Shown here: piece after piece, positions 49,791-62,900 of the stretch
How positions within the stretch are numbered: position 1 is the first letter of the stretch
How the letters are laid out: the number at the start of each line of letters is the position of its first letter
Source of the DNA: Paraspadella gotoi
Taxonomy: Eukaryota; Animalia; Chaetognatha
Direction: 5' to 3'
Length of the DNA: 64,000 bases
Assembly (NCBI GenBank): GCA_051294375.1
Contig: CM119266.1
Location: 19,293,657-19,357,656 of the forward strand
The notes under the pieces: generated by a model
Database searches by the model: none
Seen by the model: only the letters and a program-made list of their open reading frames with translations
What the model was told of the DNA's origin: nothing
Program-made: the position numbers and the translations under genes

Positions 49791-51178
49791 TTTAATCTCA
49801 AAGTGATTCAAAAGTTTTCCAAATTAAACGCTTAGTCTTAGATCCGCTTTAAATCAGTTTTGTTTTTTTTTTCTGACAAAATACATCATTAAATTTTAAA
49901 ACGAAATAATTGGGGAAAGCGAGTACGCAACGTTTTTGTTTGAGTGAACCCTTATAAAAATTGGGATTATCATCATATTTTCATGGGATAAATTGAGTTG
50001 AAATTTTGTGAACGGGTAGCAAAATGATTGAGCTAGAAATTTTAAATGAAAAAAAAAATTATCTTTAAACAATTGAATCTTTCTTTCTTTAATATGAGAT
50101 GTGTATGCATGCTACATTATAGGGTGTTTCACCAAAATTTGAAAAGTATTCGGATCTTTATTTACATCTAGGAAAATATGTTGGGAGGTAAAAAAATAGG
50201 ATTGTACTACTCTTTGTCAAAATAAAGGATAAAGGATAAAAAAGCACACCTTGGGCACATTTTCGTCAATTGACTGAATCCTAGTATGCCAATCCACGTC
50301 CAAAGGATTATAATAGTTTCAAATTTGTGTGAAACCCTAATGCTGCAACAACAACCATCCTAGCAATCACAACAACTGCTACCTATATAACCATAACGAA
50401 AATCACACCAAGAACAATAACTACTCCAGCCAAAACTTAGAAATTTATTTTGTTACTTTTGGTCATTCCGTCCCTCTGTTCATCTGTACTCCCGAAAAAA
50501 TCGGCTTTGGCGTAAATTATAACAGTAGAAAAATCGAAATGAATAATTCCAAATATTAAAATAACCTAAAAACGTTGACTTGCTTATATTTATGATAATC
50601 AACAAACTCCAAAGATACATAGAGTTGAGTCTTAACAATAAAACGAAACCTTTTTTTTAATTCATGTATGACTTTTTCGCGGCTGTTGTCAAACAGTATT
50701 TTTAAAAAAGCGAAAATGGAGGATGTTGATGCGAGCGCATAAGTCGTCACATTTAAAAACAAAAGACATAAATCGGAAGTCGGATAAGTGATAATCCACG
50801 GTTAACACACCAATTAAAAAAAGGGGAATGCCAATACAAGTCTTAAATGAATATTTTTTTTGGGAAAGATGCCTTTAATTAATAGATTCAAATCTAATAT
50901 ATCTTCAGCCAGTAGCCGAGCCTTGTTTTCGTCTACCCCCGAGTGCTGCTGCCGCTTCTAACGCCCCTGCCGCGGCTGGTGAAGGGATCCAGCGGCGCTG
51001 AGGATTTTCGTCGCAGGAGCAAAAAGAGCCGCGAAGGCGCGCGTGAACGCGGAACACATAACAAATCGAAAAAGGATGAAAAGCCTTTCCTTTCTTACCT
51101 ATTTATAAATGTTCTTCTGAGGGTTAATGATTTATTAAATATAAACGGCGACTAGCTATTATTGTAATTCTCGCAGCC

Positions 51179-52706
51179 ATGGTGCACTACGCACTGGTGA
51201 CTCTAATACTTTTCTTCGGTCTCCACACTTCCACACTATCCCAAACTTCCGACGATTGCGCCACGGATTGTCTGGTGATTTACAATCATATTTAGTCCAT
51301 TTAAAAAGTTAGAACAAACTATGTCAAATATATATTAAATTACGTTATTTTGACTTGAGATCCTATTTTTTCTGTTTTCTCTTTATTCTTTTATTTTCTC
51401 TTTTGCTTAATCTTTAGCCGGTTCTTTAGGTTTTTCAAAACTATCTTTTAATCTCCTTATTAATTATAAAATCTATCATCAATCGTTCAAACTCGTAATA
51501 ATATCAATCTGATGATTGGAGTAGAATAGTTTGTTAGAATCACGTTCGGCGATATAACGGACGTGGCCTAAGGAAACCTCTCTTTTTCTCCTCAGCCTTC
51601 TCCACCGACGATCGTTCGTCTCCCAATCGGGGCGTCCCTTCGCCTCGAATGTGGCGCCGCCAAACGAGTTAATTGGCATCGAGGACGCAAAAGATTAAAG
51701 GAGAACGAACGTGTCTTCATTGATGAGGACGGGTCTCTACAAGTGGCCAGACTCTTACGAGAAGATGTTGGGGTATACCAATGTCGCGGGGAAGACTTCA
51801 AAATAGCCAAGGTAAACGAATTAACATATCTAATAATAGATTCCCTTTTTGGCCTTATTTTCCCAAAACGGCCCATTTTCTCTTAAATTTGGAAATTGGT
51901 TAGTTTTTTTAATTTAAATATTGGATTAAAGGTTATGGTTAAGGATTAAGTTGAGGATTAATTTACAGATTAGGTTAATGATTAGGGTTAGGGATTAGAT
52001 TTTAAGATTCGGGTTACAGATGAGGGATAAAAAATAGGGTTAAAGATTAGTTAAGAGTTAAGGAATAATTTTAGAGACCAAGGGTAAGGATAGTTGATAA
52101 GTTTGATTAAATTTGTTTATTGAAATTTAACCGAAATAGGGCGCTTTTGGAAAAGAGAGCCAAATCTTCTTTGAACCGGGTACAACCGTCTGCATCGTCG
52201 TCTTAATCTTTACTTTTAAAAGGCGTACCGAGTGATCGTCCATTCCGGCGCCTTCATTGTCTCACCGCCCCGAGACGTGACCATTTCCGAGGGCGCCACA
52301 GTCCGCTTCGATTGCCGCGCGGAGGACGCCAATCGGAATGCCACGATTACTTGGTGGATGGGGGAAGTGAAAGCTCTAGGAGAAGAATCACCTGTGCGAG
52401 GAAGAGTCAAAATCGAGTAAGAACTACACGCTCTTAGTAATTTATATATTGATTAATTGATTATTCATTTAATGTTTTACTTATGTTCTGAATATGTATT
52501 TATCTGACTCTCTGTCTTTTAATCTTTTCTAAGACACAATTTTCCATTTTCAGCCCCGATGGAACTCTTATTATTTCGTCAGTTCGTCACACGGATTCTG
52601 GTATCTTTCGCTGCTCCGCTTACAACGGCGTCGGTAACGCTGCCGCCGCTGAAGCTACACTCTCTGTCACGTTTTCACCCAAAATTGTTCATATGCCCAA
52701 AAAGGT

Positions 52707-52796
<90 letters not shown>

Positions 52797-55700
52797 TTTT
52801 TCTTTAATTTCCTATTTCTCTCTTTATTTCTTTTGTTACTTATTTATTATTATTATTATTATTTATTATTATTACTTACTTATTTCCCCTTATTTCTTTA
52901 GGTATACCTCCCTCTAGAATATTCAGCTGAGATACACTGCCATTTCGATTCGAATCCACGAGTCAGTCGCGTCATTTGGAAGAAGGACGGAAATGTGGTT
53001 GACGTGGAATCTGAGGATCGACTTGACATCAACGCTAAAGATGGTCAAAGCCTCGTCATTAAAAAGGTACGACCACTTTGCATAGCCAAAATTTTTTATA
53101 GTCTCTGACTTTATCGTTTTATTAGAGCCTTTTTTGTGTTTCTCTCTTATATAGTTATCTATTACTACATTTTAAAACTGCATTGCCACTTGTGAAATAG
53201 AGCGAAATAGTACTTGAAAATTTAAATAACAAGAACGGTAATTCAAATGTGTTGCGCCGCAGTGACTTTATTTTCACTTTGATCACATGATATTACGTGA
53301 CATGACATGACTAAAAAACTTTTTTACCCGTGTATCATCATCATCATCATTCATTAAATTTTATAGTTTTTGTTAATTTTCATAGATAAATCATTAAAAT
53401 TTCAAAAAGTTGCAATAATAACCTTCATCTAACTTTTCAAGCTCTATCAGAATCCGTAAAAAAAAATAAAAATTTCTTAAAATTTTTTTTGACATTATAT
53501 AGTATTCGGATAATATAAAATAGCTTCCGTGCGTTTAACTATAAGATAAATCTTAATTTTTATTTTATTTTTACGATCTTTAATAAACACATTAACATTA
53601 TTTATACCGGACTTCTGTTAGTTTGTAACCTGTTCCGCCTCACTGTTTAGTTCAAATCAAACTCCACCTCAATGTTTAGGTGTTGCCCAAGGACGCTGGT
53701 CGCTACTCTTGTCGAGCTACTAACGATTTAGGAACGGGTCCCGAATCCAGCATCACCGAAGCCAAAGTCAGAGATCCACCTCGATTTATCAAAAAACCCA
53801 AATACTTTTATCAAGTAATCCGGTTGAATTAAACCATTAAACAATACTTATTCGTAATTCACGGTGATCATTATCAAAAAACAAATTATCAAGGCCATGG
53901 TTCGAGGGACGGTGACCTTTCCCTGCATGGCGACCGGGAATCCTCAGCCTATCATTTCTTGGAGGAAAACTTCGTGTCCTTATGAAAAATTCGCGGGGTT
54001 TCAAGAGGCAGTCGAGAAATACAATTCGGATGAATTTCTCTTCGCCGACGGTTGGTCGTTGGAGAAGCTTTTGATATTCATACATTCATATTTTATATGA
54101 CATGCATAATGCATAATAAAATATGGTGTAATATACTATATACTACAATATATTTTAGGGACCCTCGTCACAAAGAATTGAGTCCCTGGTTTATTTTGAT
54201 TAATTTTACGAATATTAACTACTTAACTACTAACAATGACGAACGATTTTGTTTAAAAATTTTAAACTTTAACAATTAAGAATGAACGACTTTTTTGGAA
54301 TGTAAAAAAAAAGGAGAGATAATCTGCTAAATTTGAATTAATTTATCATAGATCGATACAAAAGAGGATTCGAATTCCCCGGATCCAATGCCATTTCGAC
54401 TGAAGTATCTGACGCCACGCCGTGCAGAATGCCGAGAGGTCAGAGGCTATGACGAAATAAATTAAAAATCCTTTGTACTTTTTATTTATTTTAATTTTAA
54501 TACATAGGTCGTTTCCATACATGGCCTTCGGGAAACCTGAACCCTTATCGGCCTCGAACCTTCGGACGCTGTTCGTTCGAGTGCGTCGTCCGCTCCGCAG
54601 TGATGACCTTGACGGCGACGACGCTGCTCATCGTCGAAACGGCCCCGCGTCTGGCCCCGTACGACGTTACCGTCTCCAACGCGACATGGCGCAGCCTGAC
54701 CGTCTCCTGGAAACCAGCATTTCGCCCAGGGTTTGCGCTGAAGCACTTAGTTTGGTTTCGTCGCGTCGACGGAGCTGAAGGATGGCGGACGGTGAGGCCA
54801 TCGTCATCGTCGTCTTTGGGCCTCGTCATCGTGGGTCTTCTTCCGGCAGCGAATTATGAAGTTAGCGTCCTTGCGGAGACGCGTAGCGCTCGTGGTAACT
54901 TTTCCGGCGTCATCCGCGCTAAGACGGCGCCACTTCCGTACGGAGACTTAAGCTTCGAGGTGGCGGCCATGTTGCCACCCGCGCCGCCGATTAACGTAAA
55001 ATTGACTTCGTTCGCTCACGGCGTTAACGTTACTTGGGACGCGCCCCCTGGAGCAACGCCTCCAACCGACAACGATTCCAACTATGATTCGCCGCGTCTA
55101 CCTCCTACGGGTTACGTGGTACAGCGCGCGCGATCGGCGTTGAATTCGAAAGACGCGGATTCGAATGGATTGCGTTGGACGACGGTATCGGATTTCGTCT
55201 CCGGCAGATTATTTTGGACGAATAGAAATCTTATGCCCGGTTCCGCTTATTACTTTCGAGTGGTGGCATTTGCCGAACGGTAAGTCTGATGAAAACTAAA
55301 ATGGACGTAATAGATAAAATGTGCTGGAATAGGTAGGCGACGAAATTATCAATTCTTCTAAGTATAAATATTTAATTCAAGCTTTAGTTGTGAAATTAAT
55401 AATGACTAATAATAATAATACTAATAATAATGATAATCATGATTAATAATGATGCAGATTGCTGATGCGGTCTTTCGGGTCAGTTTTTATTAGAATTAAA
55501 ATAAATAATCCCCGTCCCCCTTCCCATAGATAAATAATAGTATTAAATTTAGAAAATTAAGAATATTGAGACTAGGAAATAGAAATGATTATTGGATAAA
55601 AATATTAATAAAATATTAAATATTTTAAAAACTAAAGATAGTGAAAGAAGTAATTTTTGCCATTTGAATCAAATCTTTTTTTGAAATGCCCAGCCGGTCT

Positions 55701-56518
55701 TTCTCTCTCCCATCTCGCGTGGTGGTCTACCGAGTGGCGGGATCCATCGCCCCGCGAGTCAATCGAGCTGTCGCCTCCTTCATTCCCCCGGCCACCTTGG
55801 CTGGTCTCGGTGGAGGCATTCTCTTCCTCTTTCTCAGCCTTCTTCTCGCCCTCGTCGCCACGTGCCTGAGGGGCGAGACCTCTCCCGGGCAAAGGTTGCA
55901 ACTCAAGAGGCAGAACTACTTCGGGTGAGTACTTGTTCGGTCGGTCGGTCCCACCCTTTGTCGATAAACCATTTAGATCATCTCAGAACTTTGAATTATA
56001 GAAAAATTATGTAGAAAAAATTATGTCCGTTTGTCTGTCTGTATGTCTGTACATTTACCTTCAAACTAATTAGTCTAATGGATGGAGCAATTGAGATAAA
56101 ATTTTGTATGAGGTTAGAAAATTGGTTGATTAAACTGAAAAATAACATTTTTTTTGATAGAATCGTGCAACTGGAAATTTGTTTAGGTATAAAAATCAAA
56201 AGTAACTTTTTACTATTTTTTTTCTTTTAGCTTTGATATGAAATACGTACATATAAGTCTGCTCCATTTAAGTTAAAAATGCGCATAACTGGCTTAATAC
56301 GGAGTCATTCAGATAGAAACTTGTCTCTGCTCAGATCCTCCTCGGCAACTGCTCAGCATCCTGGCCTTTTTTCTGCCCAATACTTTGCTCAACCGCCACG
56401 ATCTCTCTCATGCCGTCAACCATACATGTACATACCCTCACAAGTTTATGGAAAAATTTCCGCGCAGAACAGGGGTGCACGATTTCCCGAAAACAGCCAT
56501 GGGGATGTGACTTTTTAA
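51179..56518 (+). CDS. Type I Ig-superfamily adhesion receptor, 4 Ig + 2 FN3 + TM (Turtle/IGSF9/Borderless-like)
   Basis: Signal peptide MVHYALVTLILFFGLHTSTLS; Ig domains with C..W..DxGxYxC; FSPKIVHMPKKVYLPL..IHCHFDSNP..VIWKKDG resembles Turtle/IGSF9; two FN3 domains in ORF 54600-55283; TM segment LAGLGGGILFLFLSLLLALVATCL; short tail ending DVTF*. Confidence 0.85.
51849..52163. mobile_element. MITE family A copy
   Basis: TTGGCCTTATTTTCCCAAAACGGCCCATTT ... AAATAGGGCGCTTTTGGAAAAGAGAGCCAA; interior includes TTAGGGTTAGGG. Confidence 0.75.
56020..56115 (+). repeat. HINE/DINE-1-like (Helentron-associated) core fragment; similar fragments at ~36090-36135 and ~31320-31410
   Basis: GTCY microsatellite (TGTCCGTTTGTCTGTCTGTATGTCTGT) followed by ..GGATGGAGCAATTGAGATAAAATTTTG. 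The family assignment is from motif resemblance only. Confidence 0.35.
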
Positions 56519-56911
56519 AATAAATATTTGTATGTAAATATTGATATTTGTAGTATTTTTCCGGTGATTACAGTATTTTTTGTTTAACAATGTTTAATGT
56601 ATTCTCAATGCGATTTTAGTATTTTAATTTTTATTTACTTTCCCTCTACACTCAACTGTCTACTGTCCTTTCGTCCCCATTCTGGCCAGACGCATTTTGT
56701 ATCTCTAACTTTTTTGTTAGCTCTCTCATTAATACGGTACAAGAGGCAGAAAGAGATAAAAAAGATAGAAAAAAATACACGCAGAAAAAAATATTATTGT
56801 AATTATATGGAAGCCTAAACAAAATGTGTTCATTAGGAATTTTAAGTCTTTATATATATTTCAAAATAAGCTGAAAGTAATTGGTAGTTTGGTATTGATC
56901 AATTACACTGT

Positions 56912-59882
56912 TCACCAGACTTTGCCTCCCATGTACCCTTTGGCAGCGAGAGATGACTCCAAATAAAGTGTGCCAGGATGTCGCGTCAAGTCGACAACAT
57001 AGCGGAACATCCTTTCGATGGGTTCCGGAGGAATTTCCTGGGCGTTAAAATGTATTTAGCAATAGCATATGTAAATTTTGATGATTTCTGTTGCCAACTT
57101 GCTATTTAAAAGTTCCTTAAGTCAACAGGAGTCTAACCTCTGGTCTCCTGCATGCGCTGCAGCAACTACAGTTACTGGAGTGCTGTAGTGATAGGGACGA
57201 ATCCGAATCGGCTATCGATATTGTTTCTTCAATAGCCTTCTCCAATATCAGTTCCTTGGGAGTAAAAATTACGTAAAAATTATAAAAAGTAAAAATTATT
57301 GCCATGTGAAAAAAGTAAACGAATCCCTTCGTCCAACCTGATTTGGTTCTATCCACGAACTTTCTATATCCGCATCGCTAAGAAGAGACGAGATGAACTT
57401 GAAAAATTCTTCATCAACTTCGACAATGCTGTCGATGCGAATGGAGTACATGAATATATATATATAATAATATATATTGTGGCAGAGACGGTTACGACGC
57501 CACGAGGTCAATTCCAGTTGGCCATTCTCTCTCGCTCTCTCCCAATCTTTCTCTTTTGCTATCCGGTGCCTCGTTTCTTTAGTTGATAATTATTCAAGAT
57601 CTCGTATTGTTCACTGGAGGTTCTTTCATAATACTTATTCGCTACTAAAATTATATTGCTAGAAAAATAAGGTGGTCTTGAAGAAAAAAAAAATATAACG
57701 GAGTGATCTTTTCATACAATTAAAATATTTTTTGAAATATTATACCACTTCATTTAATTGATAAGAAAGTGGGAGTGAATAAACGAGACTGTGAGAGAGT
57801 CTTGATTGAAAGCTTGCAGGGACATGCTATGTCATTATCTTGTAAGAGAGATGGAGGCCTTAAACCACCAAAGCCTGACCAAAGTCAGGGGCAAGATAAC
57901 TTATTTATTAAATTAATGGATAATTTTTATATTGGTTGTACCAATTTCATAAAAAAAATATTAAATAAGATCATTGAAATAATGATCAAGTTTTTAATTA
58001 TCTTTAAATTTAAAAATTAACGTTTATATTAATTATTAATTTATCATAATATAGTTTTTAGTGAAAATGTGCCGACGATTGCTAAAATTTGTGAGTTCTC
58101 GTGACTTTGGCTTCAAGATCAAACTTTCATTTCTATTTATTTTTTTTTCTCCCTAGTTTCAGGAAATCACGAGTAAAGTGCTCATTTACTTCACAGCAGC
58201 CAAATGGAAAACATAAGAGGATTTTTGACGACCAAGTCTATTAAGTTGGTGAGGACCGGCCTTGGCAACTCGCTTCGTCAGGAAAGTCTGCCTTTCAAGC
58301 GAAGGTCGTACAATGTTTACAAGCAGTAGGAAGACGCTTTAAGACTTTTTTTCCAAAGATGGCGCCAAAGAACTTGACTTTTTTTTTTCTCAAGACAGTT
58401 ATTTCTAGTTAAAAAAAGCTAATTACGAAATACCTAATAAGTAATCCTTATCCGAGGTCTACGTACCTCGGTGGATCTTCCAAAAATGTTCGAATCTTGA
58501 CTTTGTTCCAGACGTGTGATTCCGCCGCATTCCCGAACCCGCGTTCTATGTTGCAAGACACTTGAAGAAGATCGCAGAGAAACTTGAAGAAAGTAGCACG
58601 ATGAACCTTGCTGCCTGAAAGCATTATAAGTATTTTCTGTATTTTAATTTAATTCCTCGCTCGTGGAATAATTGGTAAATAAATATATTTATTTGAAATA
58701 AGACAATTTCTAATAATTATAATAATACTAATAATAAGAATAATAATAAAAAATAATAAAATGCATAAGAAATTAAAAGCAAAATTAAAAATTTAATAAC
58801 TGGAAATTAAGTATGTAAATCCTAAGCTCAGCTCTGGTCAGTGGTCACCAGTTTCGATCTCCTGAATCGGGACTACGTTCCCGCCATGGCGCAGCTTGAT
58901 GTGCGACACATCCGTCACGTGATTCGTGCGCATGACGTCGTTCATTATTGCGCCACCCATTCGCGTTGACGTCATCATGGCCGCCGCCTGCGCCGCCAAC
59001 AGAGGTGACGTCAACGCCGCCAAACGTTTGAGAACGAAATAGCCGACAGCGTCGAGTGATGAGTCGGGAAAGCTAAGTAAACGAGGTGGGACTTGGATTT
59101 TTCGGCTCTTTTTAACAATAGCGCCCCATTTCTGTATTTAGTTTTAATCCTAATTTATTACAAAAAATTAAAACCTAAAAGTCATAATCATTGTTATAAA
59201 AAAAAATTTTGCGTTTCAGAATTCGTGTACAAAGACAGTTTTTTTTATTTTGACATACAATGATATAATTGTTTAAACGACATGTTTAGACTCAGTTTCA
59301 TCAAAACAAAACTTTAGCCATAGCCCTAATCTTTAACTTAATTTTTAAACCCAAATATTAATTTAATTCAGAATTCAAGATGAAATGGGGCGCTTTGATG
59401 AAATAAAAGTCGATTATTCCCTAACTTCATTCAATTTTATTTCTTTCACCTCGGCTCCACTGGTTCCACTGATTCCACTGGTTCCAGCGGTTCCTCCCCT
59501 TCATTCGTCGGCGTCTCTAATCCATCCTTCAGCATCTCGAGGAAGCTGCCCTTCGTCAAGGCCGACGCCACCTTCGTAGATTCTGGAATTGGCGTCTCCT
59601 TCATGGATCGGAGGAGATGGTCTCTCACTTCCAGGAAAGCGGGAGTGACCGAGACAAGGACGACCTCTCGATGACCGTCTGAACACGTTCTATCATGAGT
59701 CACGAATGAAAAGAAATGTTTTTCCATTCTCATGCACCGTGGCCGCGTTCAATACATGTAAATTGTTGCGGAAATAGTATGCAAAATAATAAGAAAAAAA
59801 CACAAACAACAATCGACTGAACCTCATATCGTTTTTCGATTTTTTTCTCTACTTTTTATGATCCATCTCTATTCTCTAATCC

Positions 59883-59942
<60 letters not shown>

Positions 59943-59957
59943 AGAGAGAGAAGAGAG

Positions 59958-59994
<37 letters not shown>

Positions 59995-62900
59995 CTTTAT
60001 TTCACTTCCAGATTTATCGAATTCCCATACTACCTTTCGGTCTTTGTCTGTTCCACACTTTTGAACAACCTCGCACCGCATACCTTTTTCTTATCTTGTT
60101 TCTTTTTCTTTTCTTTTTTTTTTTTTTCTCTCTTTTTTTTTTATTTTTTTTTCTTCTTTTATTTGTTTTTTTGTCGTTCTTCTTCTTTCCTTTTTTTTTT
60201 TTCTTTTTTTTCTTTGTTTTTCCTTTGTTTTTTTTTTTTTTTATTTTTTTTTTTTTTGCTTTTTTTCCTGTTTTCTTCTTCTTTTTTTCTATTTTGTTGT
60301 TTTCTTCTTCTTTTTTTTTTTTTTTTTTTTTTTTTTCTTTTTTATTTTTTTTTTCCCCCTTTTTTTTTTTTTTCATTTTTTTTTTTTTTTTTTTTTTTTC
60401 TTTTTTTTCCTCCTCTTTCTTTTTTTTTTTTTCTTTTTTTTTTGTATTTCTTCTCTTTTTTTTTTCTATTTTTCTTCTTTTTTCTTTCCTTTTTTTATTT
60501 TCTTTTTTTTGTTTTTTTCTTTATTTTTTTTATTCTCTCTTTTTTTTTTTCTCTTTTTTTTTTTTTTCTTTTTTCGTCTTTTTTTATTTTCTTTCTTTTC
60601 TTTTTTTTCTCGTTTTTTCGTTATTTTTTTTTTTTCTTTTTTATTTTTCCTTTTTTTTTTTCTTTTTTCTTTTTTTTTTTTTTTTTTTTTTTCTTTCTTA
60701 TCTTTTTTTGTTTACTTTTTTTTTCTTCTCTTTTCTTTTTTTCTTTTTCTTTCTTTTTTTTTTTTTTTTTCTTTTTTTTTTTTTTCCTTTTTGTCTTCTT
60801 TTTTTTTTTTTTTTCTGTTCTCCTTTTTTTTTTTCTTTTTTTCTTTTTTCTTTTTTCTTTTTTTTTTTTTGTTTTTTTTTTTTTTTTTTTCCCTTTTCTT
60901 TTTTGTTTATTTATTTTCTTGTTTTTTTTTTCCCTTTTTCCTTTATTTTTTTCTTTTTTTTTTCTTTTTCTTTTTCTTTTTTTTCTTGCTTCTTTTTTTT
61001 ATTTCTTGTTTTTTTTTTTTTTCTCCTTTGTTTTTTTTCCTTTTTTTCTTTCTCTCTTTTTTTTTTTTTCTTCTTTTTTTCTGTTCTTTTCTTTTTTTTT
61101 TTTTTTTTTTTTTGTATTTTCTTATGTGTTCTTTTTTTTTTTTTGTTTTTTCTTTTTTGTTTTTCTTTTTTCTTTTCTTTTGCTTGTTTTTTTCTTTTTT
61201 TTTTTTTTTTTTTTTTTTTGTTTCTTTTTTTTTTTTATTTTCCCTCTTCTTTTTTTTTTTTCTTCTTTTTTCTTTCTTTTCTTCTTTTTTTTTTTTTTTT
61301 TTATTTTTTTAATCTTCTTTTTTTTTTTTCCTTTTTTTTGTTTTCTTTTTTTTTAGATTTTTTTCTTTTTTCTTTTTTTTTCATTTTCTTTTTTTGTTTT
61401 TTTTTCTCAGTCTTTCCATCTCTGCGCCGCCTCCGTCCCAAAACCCGACATCTGTTGCCATGGAGGATTCGTCAAACAACATGCCCCGCCACGCCCACGC
61501 TGCTGACGCCGCCGCCGCTACGGCGTCTTCGAGGGCACGCCGTTCACGAGGATTCGGCCACGCCACGTGGACCGATGACGCGAAAACTCTTTCCAGAAAA
61601 GAGACGACGCCAGCGTCTATAAGCGTCGCTAGAATCGAGTAAAGGATGAAAAGCAGTTATATAGACTGGACTGAGTGTGAGTCTTGATTGAAAGCTTGCA
61701 GGGTCCTGCTATGTTAATATCTTGCAAGTGTTTAGGGAGCCTTAACCCACCATAGCCAGTCCGAAAGATACTTATATACTATATAATATATAGTATATAG
61801 CTATTAATTAATGAATATTTTTTTTTTCGGTTGAACCAATTTTGAACCAAATCCGAATTGTGAAAGTCGCCTTACAATATTAATTTACTCCGTTTTCAGA
61901 GAGCGTTGTTGACTCTACTCTCAATCGTGACCCAATTTAGGAAACAAAAGAACATATAAAGTACATAATCGAAAATAATCGAATTCTCTTTTGTAAAGAA
62001 AATTACTTTGGAGATGATGTTCTTTTCCCTGGAATATCATTGATATAGCGATGGCCGCTAAGTTGCGACAATTTTCGTGTTGCTCAAGTAGCATTTGCAG
62101 CAGTGTAATGACCCCTGAAGAGGAGACCCAAGAGCTGTATGCCGTGGGCCAATTGTTCGCCTATTAAAAAGTTGTGAAATGTAGATAGATGACAATTCTC
62201 TCACGGTCACGCTGGTTAAGTGTAATGGTACTATTATAAGCTCGCAAGTAACATGGGCTGGTAACTTTAGGTGCAACGCGCTGAGCGCCAGCTGTCGGGA
62301 GATGCGTTACACCCAGGGCATCAAACCAGCCCCCCCGTTTCCATAAAAAAGTAATAAGTCATCAACAACAAAAGTACTAAAATTTACTAAAGTTTATTTA
62401 GCTAAAATAGGTTAAAATCTGCAAAAATAACTTTTTGTTCGTGAAATTTAAAATTAACTAAGTGACAACAATAATTAATAATTTTTATCAGCGAGATTCT
62501 CATCATTCTTCATCAATGTCACGGACTTTAAGAAGATTTTGTGGAATCATTCATGCGTTGACGGTCACGTGGTCCATCGGGACCGAATCACGTGACTGAT
62601 GTGAATCACGAAGCCCAGATCCGTGATCCGTGATCGTGTTTTGAATTCGGTTCCTCCCTTCATGACTCGGGGGACGAGAACAACCGAAACCAATTCTCCT
62701 ATTTTTTAACATCTTATAAATTATAATAGATTTTATTTGGAGCAAAAACTTATAATTTCACATTAAAATAGTTTTTTAAAAAATTTCAACAAGAGTTAAA
62801 ATGAAAAATTTATAAAAAAAATATTTTTTTTGTTACCATAAATATATTAAAATTGTATGCCAAAAGAATTAAAAATTTTCCTAAACAAAATATTTTTATT

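Noticed and set aside
60014-61622. Long poly-Phe and poly-Lys ORFs (431, 508, 267, 120 aa)
   Set aside because: Stop-free only because the tract is nearly all T; no coding signal.
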